DNA of 64,000 bases from an uncultured Ruminococcus sp. (GTDB lineage: Bacteria; Bacillota; Clostridia; Oscillospirales; CAG-272). The translations under genes were made by a program, and so were the position numbers. Positions 34,659-44,066 of this stretch are shown here, piece by piece. Numbering within the stretch: the first letter of the stretch is position 1; each line of letters opens with the position of its first letter. The notes under the pieces were generated by a model. The model did not search any database and was not told the DNA's origin. It worked only from the letters and a program-made list of their open reading frames with translations. The DNA is taken from positions 26,063-90,062 of the forward strand of contig CAZOFD010000001.1 in the NCBI GenBank assembly GCA_964579135.1, written 5' to 3'.

Positions 34659-34695
34659 ATATGATCATCAGATCCATTACGTCAGGAGAATTAAT

Positions 34696-36024
34696 ATGGG
34701 TATAAAAGTCGTAAAATTCGGCGGCTCGTCGTTGGCGGATGCTGAACATTTTCGTATGGTAAAAGAAATAGTCACGTCCGACCGCGAAAGAAGATACGTC
34801 GTGCCCTCCGCCCCCGGCAAACGCTTTCCGAGCGACGAAAAGGTCACGGATATGCTTTACGAATGTTATCGCCTTGTGCGCGACAAAGCGAGCGAGCGCG
34901 AATTCGACGAGCATTACGGCAAGATAACGGCACGATTCAACGGTATCATCGCCGACCTCGGTCTCGATTTCGACATTTCGGGCGAGCTCGAATACATTCG
35001 CCGCGCTATCCTTTGCCACTCCGGGCGCGACTTTGCCGCAAGCCGCGGAGAATATCTGAACGGACTTATCCTTTCGAAATATTTGGGGTACGATTTTATC
35101 GACGCGGAAAACGTTATCCTGTTCAAAGAAGACGGCTCGTTCGACTCGGAGCGAACCGACGAAACGCTCGCCGCCGAACTCGCGAAGCACGAATACGCCG
35201 TTATCCCCGGTTTTTACGGGCTTATGCCGAACGGCACCGTAAAGACGTTTTCGCGCGGCGGCTCCGACGTTACCGGTTCGATAGTGGCGCGCGCCGCCGA
35301 AGCCGATCTTTACGAAAACTGGACCGACGTTTCCGGCTTTTTGATGGCGGACCCGCGCATAGTGCCCTCGCCTCTGACAATGGACACCGTTACCTACGGC
35401 GAACTACGCGAGCTTTCCTATATGGGCGCCTCCGTCTTGCACGAAGATTCGATATTCCCCGTTCGCTACGCCGGCATACCGATCAATATAAGAAACACGA
35501 ATCGTCCGAACGACAACGGCACTATGATCGTCGCTTCCGCCTCGGATTACGACAGACGGCACGTTATTTCCGGCGTCGCGGGTAAGCGCGGATTTTCCGT
35601 CATCACGATCGAGCACGATATGATGAACGCCGAGATCGGTTTCGCCCGTCGTGTGCTCGAAGTCCTTGAGGATTACGGCGTATCGTTCGAGCATTTGCCA
35701 TCGGGTATCGACACGATGAGCATCGTCGTCTCCACCGCCGATATAGAGCCGTGCCGCGAAAAACTGGTCTCGTCGATCAATCGCGCCGTTCGCCCCGACA
35801 GCCTCACCGTTGAGGACGGTCTGGCGCTTGTCGCGGTCGTCGGTCGCGGTATGGTAAAAGCCAAAGGAACGGCGGCGAGGGTATTTTCCGCCGTATCCGG
35901 CGCGGGAATCAACGTAAAAATGATAGATCAGGGCTCGAGCGAGTTGAACATCATCCTCGGCGTTGACGAAAACGACTTTGAAACGACGCTTCGCGCAATA
36001 TATTCCGAATTCGTAAAAGAATAA
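34696..36024 (+). CDS. Aspartate kinase
   Basis: MGIKVVKFGGSSLADAE.., ..FSRGGSD.TG.., and C-terminal ACT repeats (LVAVVGRGM..GTAARVFSA...GINV.MI.QGSSE.NI). AGGAG RBS. Confidence 0.9.
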   Translation: MGIKVVKFGGSSLADAEHFRMVKEIVTSDRERRYVVPSAPGKRFPSDEKVTDMLYECYRLVRDKASEREFDEHYGKITARFNGIIADLGLDFDISGELEYIRRAILCHSGRDFAASRGEYLNGLILSKYLGYDFIDAENVILFKEDGSFDSERTDETLAAELAKHEYAVIPGFYGLMPNGTVKTFSRGGSDVTGSIVARAAEADLYENWTDVSGFLMADPRIVPSPLTMDTVTYGELRELSYMGASVLHEDSIFPVRYAGIPINIRNTNRPNDNGTMIVASASDYDRRHVISGVAGKRGFSVITIEHDMMNAEIGFARRVLEVLEDYGVSFEHLPSGIDTMSIVVSTADIEPCREKLVSSINRAVRPDSLTVEDGLALVAVVGRGMVKAKGTAARVFSAVSGAGINVKMIDQGSSELNIILGVDENDFETTLRAIYSEFVKE

Positions 36025-36037
36025 CCGACCGAAAAAA

Positions 36038-36068
36038 CTCGTGGCAGTCCGAATGGGACTGCCACGAG
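36038..36068. terminator. Stem-loop between the convergent aspartokinase and HIT genes (U-run on the minus strand)
   Basis: CTCGTGGCAGTCC .. GGACTGCCACGAG. The minus-strand reading is followed by TTTTTTCGG. Confidence 0.75.
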
Positions 36069-36090
36069 AAGATATGAATTTGCGGCGACT

Positions 36091-36429
36091 TTACGCCATT
36101 TTTTCTGGCATTCGGCAACCGCCGAGAACGTGAAAATGCAGATGCTTAACGGATTGACAAGCGTCCTCGCCGCAGTTGGTTATAACGCGGTACCCGCCGA
36201 CAAGCCCCTCCGACGCGGCAATACGCGGTATCGCCTCGAACACAGCCGCAACGTATTTCGAATTCTCCGAGCATATACCGTCGGCAGACTCGATATGCTC
36301 TTTCGGCACAACGAGGATATGCACCGGTGCCTGGGGCGCTATATCTCTGAAAGCGTATACCGCGTCGTCCTCGTAAACTTTGTTCGACGGTATCTCACCC
36401 GATATTATTTTACAAAAAAGACAATCCAT
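36091..36429 (-). CDS. HIT family (histidine triad) protein
   Basis: MDCLFCKIISGEIPS..VYEDD and the C-terminal HxHxH motif (VKHLHFHVLGG). Confidence 0.88.
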   Translation of the reverse strand: MDCLFCKIISGEIPSNKVYEDDAVYAFRDIAPQAPVHILVVPKEHIESADGICSENSKYVAAVFEAIPRIAASEGLVGGYRVITNCGEDACQSVKHLHFHVLGGCRMPEKMA

Positions 36430-36506
36430 TTGTTCGCCCGTTTTTGCCAAAGCAAAAATCACCTTTCGTTTTTTTAATTATACAACCTAAAAAGTTCAAA
36501 ATCAAG

Positions 36507-37337
36507 ATGAAAGATCAAAAAATATTCGATATCCATACCCACGTATATCCCGAGCGCATTTCCGCCGCTGCGGTAAAGAATCTCGGAGATTTTTACGAAT
36601 TTCACGTAGAAGGCGCGGGCACTTTTGCGGAACTCGCGCAAACGTCGAAAGACTGCGGCGTTTGCGGTTTTCTCGCCCTCGCCGTCGCCACCAATCCGAA
36701 GCAAGTGCTTCGCGTAAACGATTCCGTCGCCGAAGCCGTCGCCGCGGCACGCAAGCAAGGGTTTGACGCACACGCTTTCGGAGGTTTTCACCAAGACTGC
36801 CCCGACGCCGACGAGGTCGTTTGCCACGCCTTGGACGTCGGGCTCGAGGGGATAAAACTGCACCCCGACATTCAAGGCGTCGATATCGACGACAAAAGAC
36901 TTTTTCCCCTGTACGAACTGTGCGAAAAAAAGCACTTGCCCGTCTACTTCCATATGGGCGACGCAAGACCGCAGTACAGATTTTCCGAAGCTCGCAAACT
37001 CGCACGTGTCATCGAACGCTACCCCGACTTAAAGGTCGGCGCGGCACACCTCGGCGGATATTCCGCTTGGGAGGACGCAGCTCTTTTGGCAGGGGCAAAA
37101 AACGTGTGGTTCGACACGTCGAGCACACTTTGGGCAACGTCTGCCGCACACGCCTCCGAGCTCATCCACCTGCTCGGGACGAATCGGGTGATGTTCGGCA
37201 CCGACTACCCCGTAAAGACCGCCGCGCAGGAGCTCGAATACTTCGCGCGCCTCGAACTTACGGACGAAGAAAGAGCGGACGTGCTGTACAACAACTCGCG
37301 TGCGTTCTTAAATCTTCCCCTCGAAACGAACGTATAA
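36507..37337 (+). CDS. Amidohydrolase-family (TIM-barrel metal-dependent hydrolase) protein
   Basis: MKDQKIFDIHTHVYPE.. metal-binding HxH, and ..MFGTDYP.. at the C-terminus. The RBS is weak, so the start is uncertain. Confidence 0.75.
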   Translation: MKDQKIFDIHTHVYPERISAAAVKNLGDFYEFHVEGAGTFAELAQTSKDCGVCGFLALAVATNPKQVLRVNDSVAEAVAAARKQGFDAHAFGGFHQDCPDADEVVCHALDVGLEGIKLHPDIQGVDIDDKRLFPLYELCEKKHLPVYFHMGDARPQYRFSEARKLARVIERYPDLKVGAAHLGGYSAWEDAALLAGAKNVWFDTSSTLWATSAAHASELIHLLGTNRVMFGTDYPVKTAAQELEYFARLELTDEERADVLYNNSRAFLNLPLETNV

Positions 37338-37340
37338 GAG

Positions 37341-37377
37341 AAAAAGCGGGAGAGCCGGCAAGGCTCTCCCGCTTTTA
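37341..37377. terminator. Bidirectional terminator between the amidohydrolase gene and rpsU
   Basis: AAAAAGCGGGAGAGCC GGCAA GGCTCTCCCGCTTTT. Confidence 0.8.
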
Positions 37378-37404
37378 CAATCGGACGAAACGCCGCAAAG
37401 CGAA

Positions 37405-37581
37405 TTACTTGTACTTACGCTTTCTGGCTGCTTCGGATTTTTTCTTTCTCTTTACGCTGGGCTTTTCGTAATGTTCTCTTTTACGAAGCTCGGTAAGGAC
37501 GCCGGAGCGTGCGATCTGTCTCTTAAAGCGACGCAGTGCGCTGTCGAGCGATTCGCCCTCTCTGAGTTTAACTTCTGCCAT
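37405..37581 (-). CDS. rpsU: 30S ribosomal protein S21
   Basis: [69 protein letters not shown]. Confidence 0.93.
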   Translation of the reverse strand: MAEVKLREGESLDSALRRFKRQIARSGVLTELRKREHYEKPSVKRKKKSEAARKRKYK

Positions 37582-37627
37582 TCTTTTTCCCTCCCCTCGC
37601 TTGTTCGAAAACAATATATCGTTTGGT

Positions 37628-37656
37628 ATTATACAACACGCCTTGTCAATTGTCAA
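37628..37656 (-). promoter_or_regulatory. Sigma-A-type promoter for rpsU
   Basis: On the minus strand: TTGACA (37656..37651), 17-nt spacer, TATAAT (37633..37628). Confidence 0.6.
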
Positions 37657-37683
37657 TAGTGTTTTTTGTTTTTTCTTATTTTA

Positions 37684-37712
37684 TTGACATAAAAACGCAT
37701 TTATATTATAAT
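37684..37712 (+). promoter_or_regulatory. Sigma-A-type promoter for the yfcE-like/pth/mfd gene string
   Basis: TTGACA (37684..37689), 17-nt spacer, TATAAT (37707..37712). Confidence 0.6.
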
Positions 37713-37802
37713 ATTATCATTGCGCCAAGCGCCGACGCAAAAGGCGCGACAAACTGTCGCATACGGCAAAAACGGCGCGGTAAAAGGCAGGTATCTAACG
37801 AA

Positions 37803-38345
37803 ATGAAACTATTTGTTGCTTCGGATATTCACGGCTCGGCTTTTTGGTGCGAAAAAATGCTCGACGCCTTTCTCTCCTCGGGGGCGGATCGCCTCGTTCT
37901 TTTGGGCGATCTTTTGTATCACGGTCCGCGCAACGATCTGCCGCGCGACTACTCGCCAAAGCAAGTCATAACTATGCTGAATTCTTTGACCGTGCCGCCC
38001 CTCTGCGTACGCGGCAATTGCGAAGCCGAAGTGGACGCTATGGTACTTGACTTCCCCGTTATGGCAAGTTACACGCTTATTTCGCTCGGCAAGCGAACGA
38101 TATACGCCACGCACGGTCACCTTTTTAACGCAAACGAAAAGCTGCCGCTTCGCAGCGGCGACGTGCTCTTGCACGGGCACACCCACGTTCCGCGTTGCGA
38201 GACCGTAGGCGGTGTGCTGTACCTCAACCCCGGCTCCGTATCGCTGCCCAAAGAGGGCTCGGCAAACGGCTATATGACTCTTACCGAGGACGAAGCGCGG
38301 TGGCTTGACTTCGACGGGAAGCAAACGAAAATTTACAAACTTTAA
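37803..38345 (+). CDS. YfcE/MJ0936-family metallophosphoesterase
   Basis: MKLFVASDIHGS.., ..LGDLLYHGPRN.., ..GNCE.., ..THGH.., ..HGHTH... Confidence 0.85.
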   Translation: MKLFVASDIHGSAFWCEKMLDAFLSSGADRLVLLGDLLYHGPRNDLPRDYSPKQVITMLNSLTVPPLCVRGNCEAEVDAMVLDFPVMASYTLISLGKRTIYATHGHLFNANEKLPLRSGDVLLHGHTHVPRCETVGGVLYLNPGSVSLPKEGSANGYMTLTEDEARWLDFDGKQTKIYKL

Positions 38346-38418
38346 TTTGCGATTCGCCGTTATACGCGCTGCGCAAAACGACAAATACGAAACCGCAAAA
38401 AAGGACAACGAAGTAAAA

Positions 38419-39063
38419 ATGAGCAATATTTTCGATCTTTTTGAAAAGATAAGATCTTCGCCCTCCGCGACGGAAACGTCGCCCGTGGAATTTATCGTCG
38501 CAGGGCTCGGAAACCCCGGCAAAGAATACGAAAAGACGCGCCACAACGCAGGCTTTATGTGTATCGACGCCATATGCGAAAAGCTCGGGGTAAAGTGCGA
38601 CAGGGCGCGATTTCACGCACTCACGACGCGAGCGATAATCGACGGTCGCGGCGTGCTGCTTATGAAACCGCAAACGTTTATGAATCTTTCGGGCGAGGCG
38701 ATCGCGGAAGCGGCGGCGTTTTATAAGATCGCGCCGCAACACGTCATAGTCATCGTGGACGATATATACCTCGACGTCGGAAGAATAAGGATACGCGACA
38801 GCGGAAGCAGCGGCGGTCACAACGGTCTGAAAAATATCGAAGCAAAGCTCGGCAGCGCACAATATCCGCGCATACGGATAGGTGTCGGGCAAAAGCCGCA
38901 CCCCGACTATCCGCTTATGGACTGGGTGCTGTCGAAATTCGGCGACGAAGATATCAAACTTCTATCCTCCGCATTCGGCGCCGTATCCTGCGGACTGCCG
39001 TACGTTCTAAAAGGCGACTTTGCCGCAGCTATGCAGCTCTGCAACGGCAAAAGAGGGGCGTAA
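38419..39063 (+). CDS. pth: Peptidyl-tRNA hydrolase
   Basis: ..FIVAGLGNPGKEYEKTRHNAGF.., ..KPQTFMNLSGE.., ..GSSGGHNGLK... About 24 aa of N-terminal extension; the start is less certain. Confidence 0.88.
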   Translation: MSNIFDLFEKIRSSPSATETSPVEFIVAGLGNPGKEYEKTRHNAGFMCIDAICEKLGVKCDRARFHALTTRAIIDGRGVLLMKPQTFMNLSGEAIAEAAAFYKIAPQHVIVIVDDIYLDVGRIRIRDSGSSGGHNGLKNIEAKLGSAQYPRIRIGVGQKPHPDYPLMDWVLSKFGDEDIKLLSSAFGAVSCGLPYVLKGDFAAAMQLCNGKRGA

Positions 39064-39166
39064 AAGTCGCACAGGCTATCGGCACGCCGCCGTTTTGGCG
39101 CAACGCAAAACCAAACGGACGCAATTCAAAGAAACGGAGATCCCGCACGCGGGATACCTTATTATT

Positions 39167-42100
39167 ATGAAAGAAAATACCAACGATATGCGTCGGTCGC
39201 TGACGGACGCGGTGCGATTTGACGGCGAATACGCGCAGTTGCTTTCGGCGATCAAACAAACTCGCAATTCCAAGCCGAAACCGATAATGGTAAGCGGACT
39301 TTGCGAGGGCGCAACGGATATTTTGTGCACGGCATTGGTCGAAGATATGCCGTCGGCTTGCCCTGCGCTGATAATCTGCGCCGAAGAAAAGGACTGCGCA
39401 CGTATGAACTCCGTGCTCGCATCTTTCGGCATCCGCGCCGCTGTCTACCCGGCGCGCGACCTTAATTTTTACAACGTTGCGGCGTCGCACGAATTCGAGC
39501 ATCGCCGCATAGCAACGCTTATGGGTATCATCGGCGGCGAAACGGAGGCTGTGATCTGCACCCCCGACGCCGCCCTTTCGTACACCATCCCGCCGGAGGA
39601 TCTGCGCGACTCCGTGCTCTCCGTGTCCGCATCGGATAAAGTCGAAATCGCAAATATCGCAAGCAAACTCGCCGCCGCGGGGTATTGCCGCGCATCGCTT
39701 GCCGAGGGCGCCGGGCAATTTGCCGTGCGAGGCGGAATTTTGGACGTTTGCTTTTCCGTGCCGACCCCCGGCGAGACCACAAAAAACGAAAACGAAATAC
39801 TGCAAGCCGTAAGGATCGAATTTTTCGGAGACGAGATCGACCGAATGGGACTGTACGACGTATCCACACAGCGCGTAATATCAAACGTCGACAAAGTCGT
39901 TATACCGCCCGCCCGTGAGCTTTTACCCTCGCGCGAGGTGCTACGCAAGATCGCCTCGGCAATATCCGAGCTGAAGAAAAAGACGAAAGACCCAAAGATC
40001 GAGGAACAACTCGAGGGCGAGCTCGATGCCGCACGCGCCGCCGCGGAAAACGGCGGCGAACTGAAATTTATAGACAAATATATTTCGGCGGTATATAAGA
40101 GAAAGACCTGTTTGCTCGATTATTTCTCCCCTATGTCGATCTGCATCGTTCGCGGCAACGCCGCCGTTGCCGAAAGGGCAAAAGCTCACGAATGGCATAT
40201 GCAACGCGAAACGGAAGATATGGTCGCCTCCGGTACGGTCGGCGGCAAATATGCCGACTACGGCGAAGCGGCATCTCGCCTCGACGTTTTTCGCGCAACG
40301 CACACAACGGTGCTTTTGGATTCGCTTATGCAAGGAACTTCTTCGCTGTCCCTCGGCGGACTTTTCGGCTTTAGAACAAAGCACTCGCTTTCCTGCAGTG
40401 AGAACGACGAACTTTTGCGCGACGAGCTTACGCAATTTTCAAAGTCAAAATACCGCACGTTGCTTATGGCAACAAGCGAAACTCAGGCAAAAAACTACAC
40501 GGGGTTGCTCAACGAATGGGGGATACCCGCGCAATTTTGCGGCGAAGCGGCAAACGTCGATCTGTCGAATATGCGGGGCGGAGAGGTACACGTGATTTCC
40601 GACGCGGTTTGCGCTCCTTTCGAAATGCTCTCCCCGAGGATAGCCGTCGTCTCGCTCGCACACAAAAGCGCGATCACTCGCGAGCGGCGCGAACGAAACA
40701 AACGCCGCTCGCAAAGCTCAAACACCGTTCGCCTGCTCTCATACGCCGATCTTTCCGAGGGAGATTACGTCGTTCACGAAAATCACGGTATCGGCATATT
40801 CGAGGGCATAAGCACGATGACGGTCGGCGGTGTAACGCGAGACTACATAACGATACGCTATGCCGGCAGCGACAAACTGTTTTTGCCCGTAGAGCAGCTC
40901 GACAAGGTCTCGAAGTACATCGGCGCGCACTCCGACGACGGCACGCTGAAACTCTCGAAATTCGGCGGCACAGAGTGGGGACGCACAAAAGCGCGTACGA
41001 AAGCGGCTCTCAAAGACGTCGCCAAGGAGCTTATCGCGCTTTACGCGGAGCGGTTGCGCCGCCCGGGGCACGCCTTCCCCGCGGACGACGCTTTTCAGCG
41101 CGATTTCGAGGCGGCTTTCGAATACGACGAAACCGCGGCGCAACTCGACGCCATAACCGACATAAAAGAAGATATGCAAAAATCGACTCCTATGGATCGT
41201 CTCCTTTGCGGAGACGTGGGATACGGAAAAACGGAAGTGGCTTTTCGCGCCATATACAAGGCAATCCTCGACGGGAAGCAGGCGGCGCTGCTCGTTCCGA
41301 CGACGATACTTGCGCTGCAACATTATCAAACAGCTGTCGCCCGTATGCGCGCCTTTCCCGTAAACGTCGAGATGCTATCTCGTTTTCGCACCCCGAAAGA
41401 ACAAAAAAAGATAATTTCGGATCTTGAAAAAGGCGACGTGGACCTGATAATCGGTACGCACCGTATGCTGTCGTCGGACATAAAATTCAAGTCCCTCGGT
41501 CTGCTCGTCATCGACGAGGAGCAACGCTTCGGCGTTGCGCAAAAAGAAAAGATAAAGCAAAAAATCGGCAACGTGGACGTACTTTCGCTCAGCGCAACGC
41601 CCATACCGCGCACGCTGAATATGGCTATGTCTGGCATACGCGACATATCCCTGCTCGACGAAGCGCCGACGGATCGTTTGCCAGTACAAACCTACGTTTT
41701 AGAGCACGACGACGTAATAATAATCGATGCCATCAAGCGCGAATTGCGCCGCGGCGGTCAGGTTTTTTATCTTTACAACGTCGTGGAAACGATAGATCAC
41801 GTTGCCGCCAAGATCTCCGCCGCCATTCCGGAAGCGCGTGTCGTTACCGCGCACGGAAAAACGGACAAAGCCCGCCTTGAGGAAATCTGGCAGGAGATGA
41901 CGGACGGCGAGATCGACGTGCTCGTATCCACCACGATAATCGAGACGGGCGTCGACGTTCCTAATGCCAACACGCTCATCGTCGAAAACGCGCACAAAAT
42001 GGGGCTTTCGCAGCTACATCAGCTTCGCGGACGAGTCGGGCGCTCCTCACGCCGAGCATATGCGTATTTCACGTTCCCGCGCGGCAGGGCATTGTCCGAA

Positions 42101-42757
42101 ATATCCCAAAAAAGGCTCGAAGCCATCAGAGAGTATGCGGAATTCGGCGCGGGCTTCCAGATCGCACTGCGCGACCTTGAGATACGCGGTGCCGGCAACG
42201 TGCTCGGCACGGAACAACACGGTCATCTCGACGAGGTAGGATACGATCTTTATATCAAATTGCTGAACGAAGCTATCCTCGAGGAGCGCGGAGAAACGCC
42301 CGAGGAAAAAGAAGAATGTACCGTTACGCTCGACACGGACGCCTTTTTGCCGGACACGTACGTCGCCTCCTCCGCGCAGCGTATGGCGCTTTACAAAAAG
42401 ATATCTCACGTGCGCGACGAGAACGACGTAAACGAACTATACGACGAGCTATGCGACCGCTACGGCGAGCCTCCCGCTCCCGCGCTTTACCTGCTGGACG
42501 TTTCCCTGCTTCGTGCACGCGCGACAGCGTGCGGCATAACCGCCGTAACGCAGGACAAAGACGAGATCCGCATACATCCGAAAGAGCTCGACGTCGACGT
42601 ATGGAGCGAACTCGCGAGCGAGGCAAAGGGCAAATTGCGCGTCGTTCTCGCAAACGAGCCGTATCTTACCCTGCGTCTGCGCCGCGGCGAGGACGCGATA
42701 GAACAAACGTCGGAACTGTTCAAAAAATACGCGCACGTATCCTCGCAAAACAAGTAG
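39167..42757 (+). CDS. mfd: Transcription-repair coupling factor
   Basis: UvrB-homology N-terminus, CarD/RID region (..GDYVVHENHGIG.F.G..), SF2 helicase motifs (LLCGDVGYGKTEVA, DEEQRFGV, TATPIPRT) and TRG motif region. Confidence 0.93.
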   Translation: MKENTNDMRRSLTDAVRFDGEYAQLLSAIKQTRNSKPKPIMVSGLCEGATDILCTALVEDMPSACPALIICAEEKDCARMNSVLASFGIRAAVYPARDLNFYNVAASHEFEHRRIATLMGIIGGETEAVICTPDAALSYTIPPEDLRDSVLSVSASDKVEIANIASKLAAAGYCRASLAEGAGQFAVRGGILDVCFSVPTPGETTKNENEILQAVRIEFFGDEIDRMGLYDVSTQRVISNVDKVVIPPARELLPSREVLRKIASAISELKKKTKDPKIEEQLEGELDAARAAAENGGELKFIDKYISAVYKRKTCLLDYFSPMSICIVRGNAAVAERAKAHEWHMQRETEDMVASGTVGGKYADYGEAASRLDVFRATHTTVLLDSLMQGTSSLSLGGLFGFRTKHSLSCSENDELLRDELTQFSKSKYRTLLMATSETQAKNYTGLLNEWGIPAQFCGEAANVDLSNMRGGEVHVISDAVCAPFEMLSPRIAVVSLAHKSAITRERRERNKRRSQSSNTVRLLSYADLSEGDYVVHENHGIGIFEGISTMTVGGVTRDYITIRYAGSDKLFLPVEQLDKVSKYIGAHSDDGTLKLSKFGGTEWGRTKARTKAALKDVAKELIALYAERLRRPGHAFPADDAFQRDFEAAFEYDETAAQLDAITDIKEDMQKSTPMDRLLCGDVGYGKTEVAFRAIYKAILDGKQAALLVPTTILALQHYQTAVARMRAFPVNVEMLSRFRTPKEQKKIISDLEKGDVDLIIGTHRMLSSDIKFKSLGLLVIDEEQRFGVAQKEKIKQKIGNVDVLSLSATPIPRTLNMAMSGIRDISLLDEAPTDRLPVQTYVLEHDDVIIIDAIKRELRRGGQVFYLYNVVETIDHVAAKISAAIPEARVVTAHGKTDKARLEEIWQEMTDGEIDVLVSTTIIETGVDVPNANTLIVENAHKMGLSQLHQLRGRVGRSSRRAYAYFTFPRGRALSEISQKRLEAIREYAEFGAGFQIALRDLEIRGAGNVLGTEQHGHLDEVGYDLYIKLLNEAILEERGETPEEKEECTVTLDTDAFLPDTYVASSAQRMALYKKISHVRDENDVNELYDELCDRYGEPPAPALYLLDVSLLRARATACGITAVTQDKDEIRIHPKELDVDVWSELASEAKGKLRVVLANEPYLTLRLRRGEDAIEQTSELFKKYAHVSSQNK

Positions 42758-42830
42758 ACAAAGCGAAAAACAAGTAGTATAATATAATTGTCGTTTTTAT
42801 ACAATCGAAAAACAAGGAACGGATAAATTT

Positions 42831-44009
42831 ATGAAAACCTTTTGCAAAAAATATCTCGTGCTGCTGCTCGCGATAGCGTTGCTTCTGCCGACACTCGCCG
42901 CCTGCGCCTCTCTCGGCGAGCCGGCACTTAAACTCGGCAAAACGGAAATAACGGAAAATATGATAGAGTTTTGGCTGACAAGATACAAAGCCGAGTTTCT
43001 CTACTATTACCGTTCGGCTATACTTAACGAATATTCCACCTTTGCCGACTTTTGGGCGGATACCGCCGAGGACGGCAGAACGTACGACGAAATCTTTACC
43101 GCAAACGTGATCGAATCCGCGAAAACGTACCTTTGCGTTGCATATCTTTTTGACGAAAAAGGGCTCTCCCTGCCCGAAGAAACGGTCGCGGCGGTAGACA
43201 AAACGATAAGCGATATGATAGAGAACTTAGCCGACGGGAGCAGCTCCGAATTCAACACCCAGCTCGCGCAATACGGCGTTAACAAAAAGATATTGCGAGA
43301 GCTCTATCTGCTTGAAGAAAAAGCGGAATATCTAAAGAACTATCTCTTCTCCGACAGCGGCGAAAAGCGCATAACGCAAAAACAAAAGGACGAATATTAT
43401 AACGACAATTTTCTGCGTATGGAGCAGATCTGCATATTTATCAACGAAACGCCGAAGCTCGACAGCGACGGAAATTACGAAAAAGACGACGACGGCTACA
43501 CCGCATATCGCGATATGACGGAAGAAGAAAACAAAAAAGCGCGCGAAAAAGCCGCCGAAGCCTTTGAAAAAGCTGTCGCAGGCGCCGATTTTGACGACTT
43601 GGTAAAAAAATACGACGAAAACAAAGCCGACGACGGCTATACCGGAGGGATATATATGAGCACCGTATCCGCCTCGGGATACGACGAATCTCTCGGCAAG
43701 ATATACGAGGAACTGAGCGATATGGAGATCGGCAGCGTCGCTATGGTCGAGACCGAGAACGGCTTGCACATAATAAAGCGTTTGCCGCTTGAGGAAAAGG
43801 CATACGAGGACGACGCAAACACCGACTTTTTCACCTTTTGGGATTCGCGCCAACAAAATTACGTCACCTACGAGCAGTACCTGCGCACGCCGTTTTTCCT
43901 TGAATATATAAACGGTTTGCTCGAGGAATACGCCGACAAGATCAAGATCGACGAGGATATAATAAAGTCGCTCAAGATCAGCAGCGTCAACGCCAACTAC
44001 GATTTTTAA
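42831..44009 (+). CDS. PrsA/SurA-like lipoprotein with parvulin (PpiC) domain
   Basis: Lipobox LLLPTLAAC. Parvulin-like ..GGIYMSTVSASGYDESLGKIYEELSDMEIGSVAMVETENGLHIIKRL. Confidence 0.78.
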   Translation: MKTFCKKYLVLLLAIALLLPTLAACASLGEPALKLGKTEITENMIEFWLTRYKAEFLYYYRSAILNEYSTFADFWADTAEDGRTYDEIFTANVIESAKTYLCVAYLFDEKGLSLPEETVAAVDKTISDMIENLADGSSSEFNTQLAQYGVNKKILRELYLLEEKAEYLKNYLFSDSGEKRITQKQKDEYYNDNFLRMEQICIFINETPKLDSDGNYEKDDDGYTAYRDMTEEENKKAREKAAEAFEKAVAGADFDDLVKKYDENKADDGYTGGIYMSTVSASGYDESLGKIYEELSDMEIGSVAMVETENGLHIIKRLPLEEKAYEDDANTDFFTFWDSRQQNYVTYEQYLRTPFFLEYINGLLEEYADKIKIDEDIIKSLKISSVNANYDF

Positions 44010-44013
44010 ACCG

Positions 44014-44057
44014 AAAACGAAAGATCCGACGCTCACGCGTCGGACCTTTCGTTTTTG
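44014..44057. terminator. Bidirectional terminator between convergent genes
   Basis: AAAACGAAAGATCCGACGC .. GCGTCGGACCTTTCGTTTT. Confidence 0.8.
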
Positions 44058-44066
44058 CACCGCGTA

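Noticed and set aside
34559-34695. A lysine (L-box) riboswitch upstream of aspartokinase.
   Set aside because: The promoter -10 ends at 34658 and the ATG is at 34696. There is no room for an aptamer of about 180 nt, and no L-box motifs are seen.
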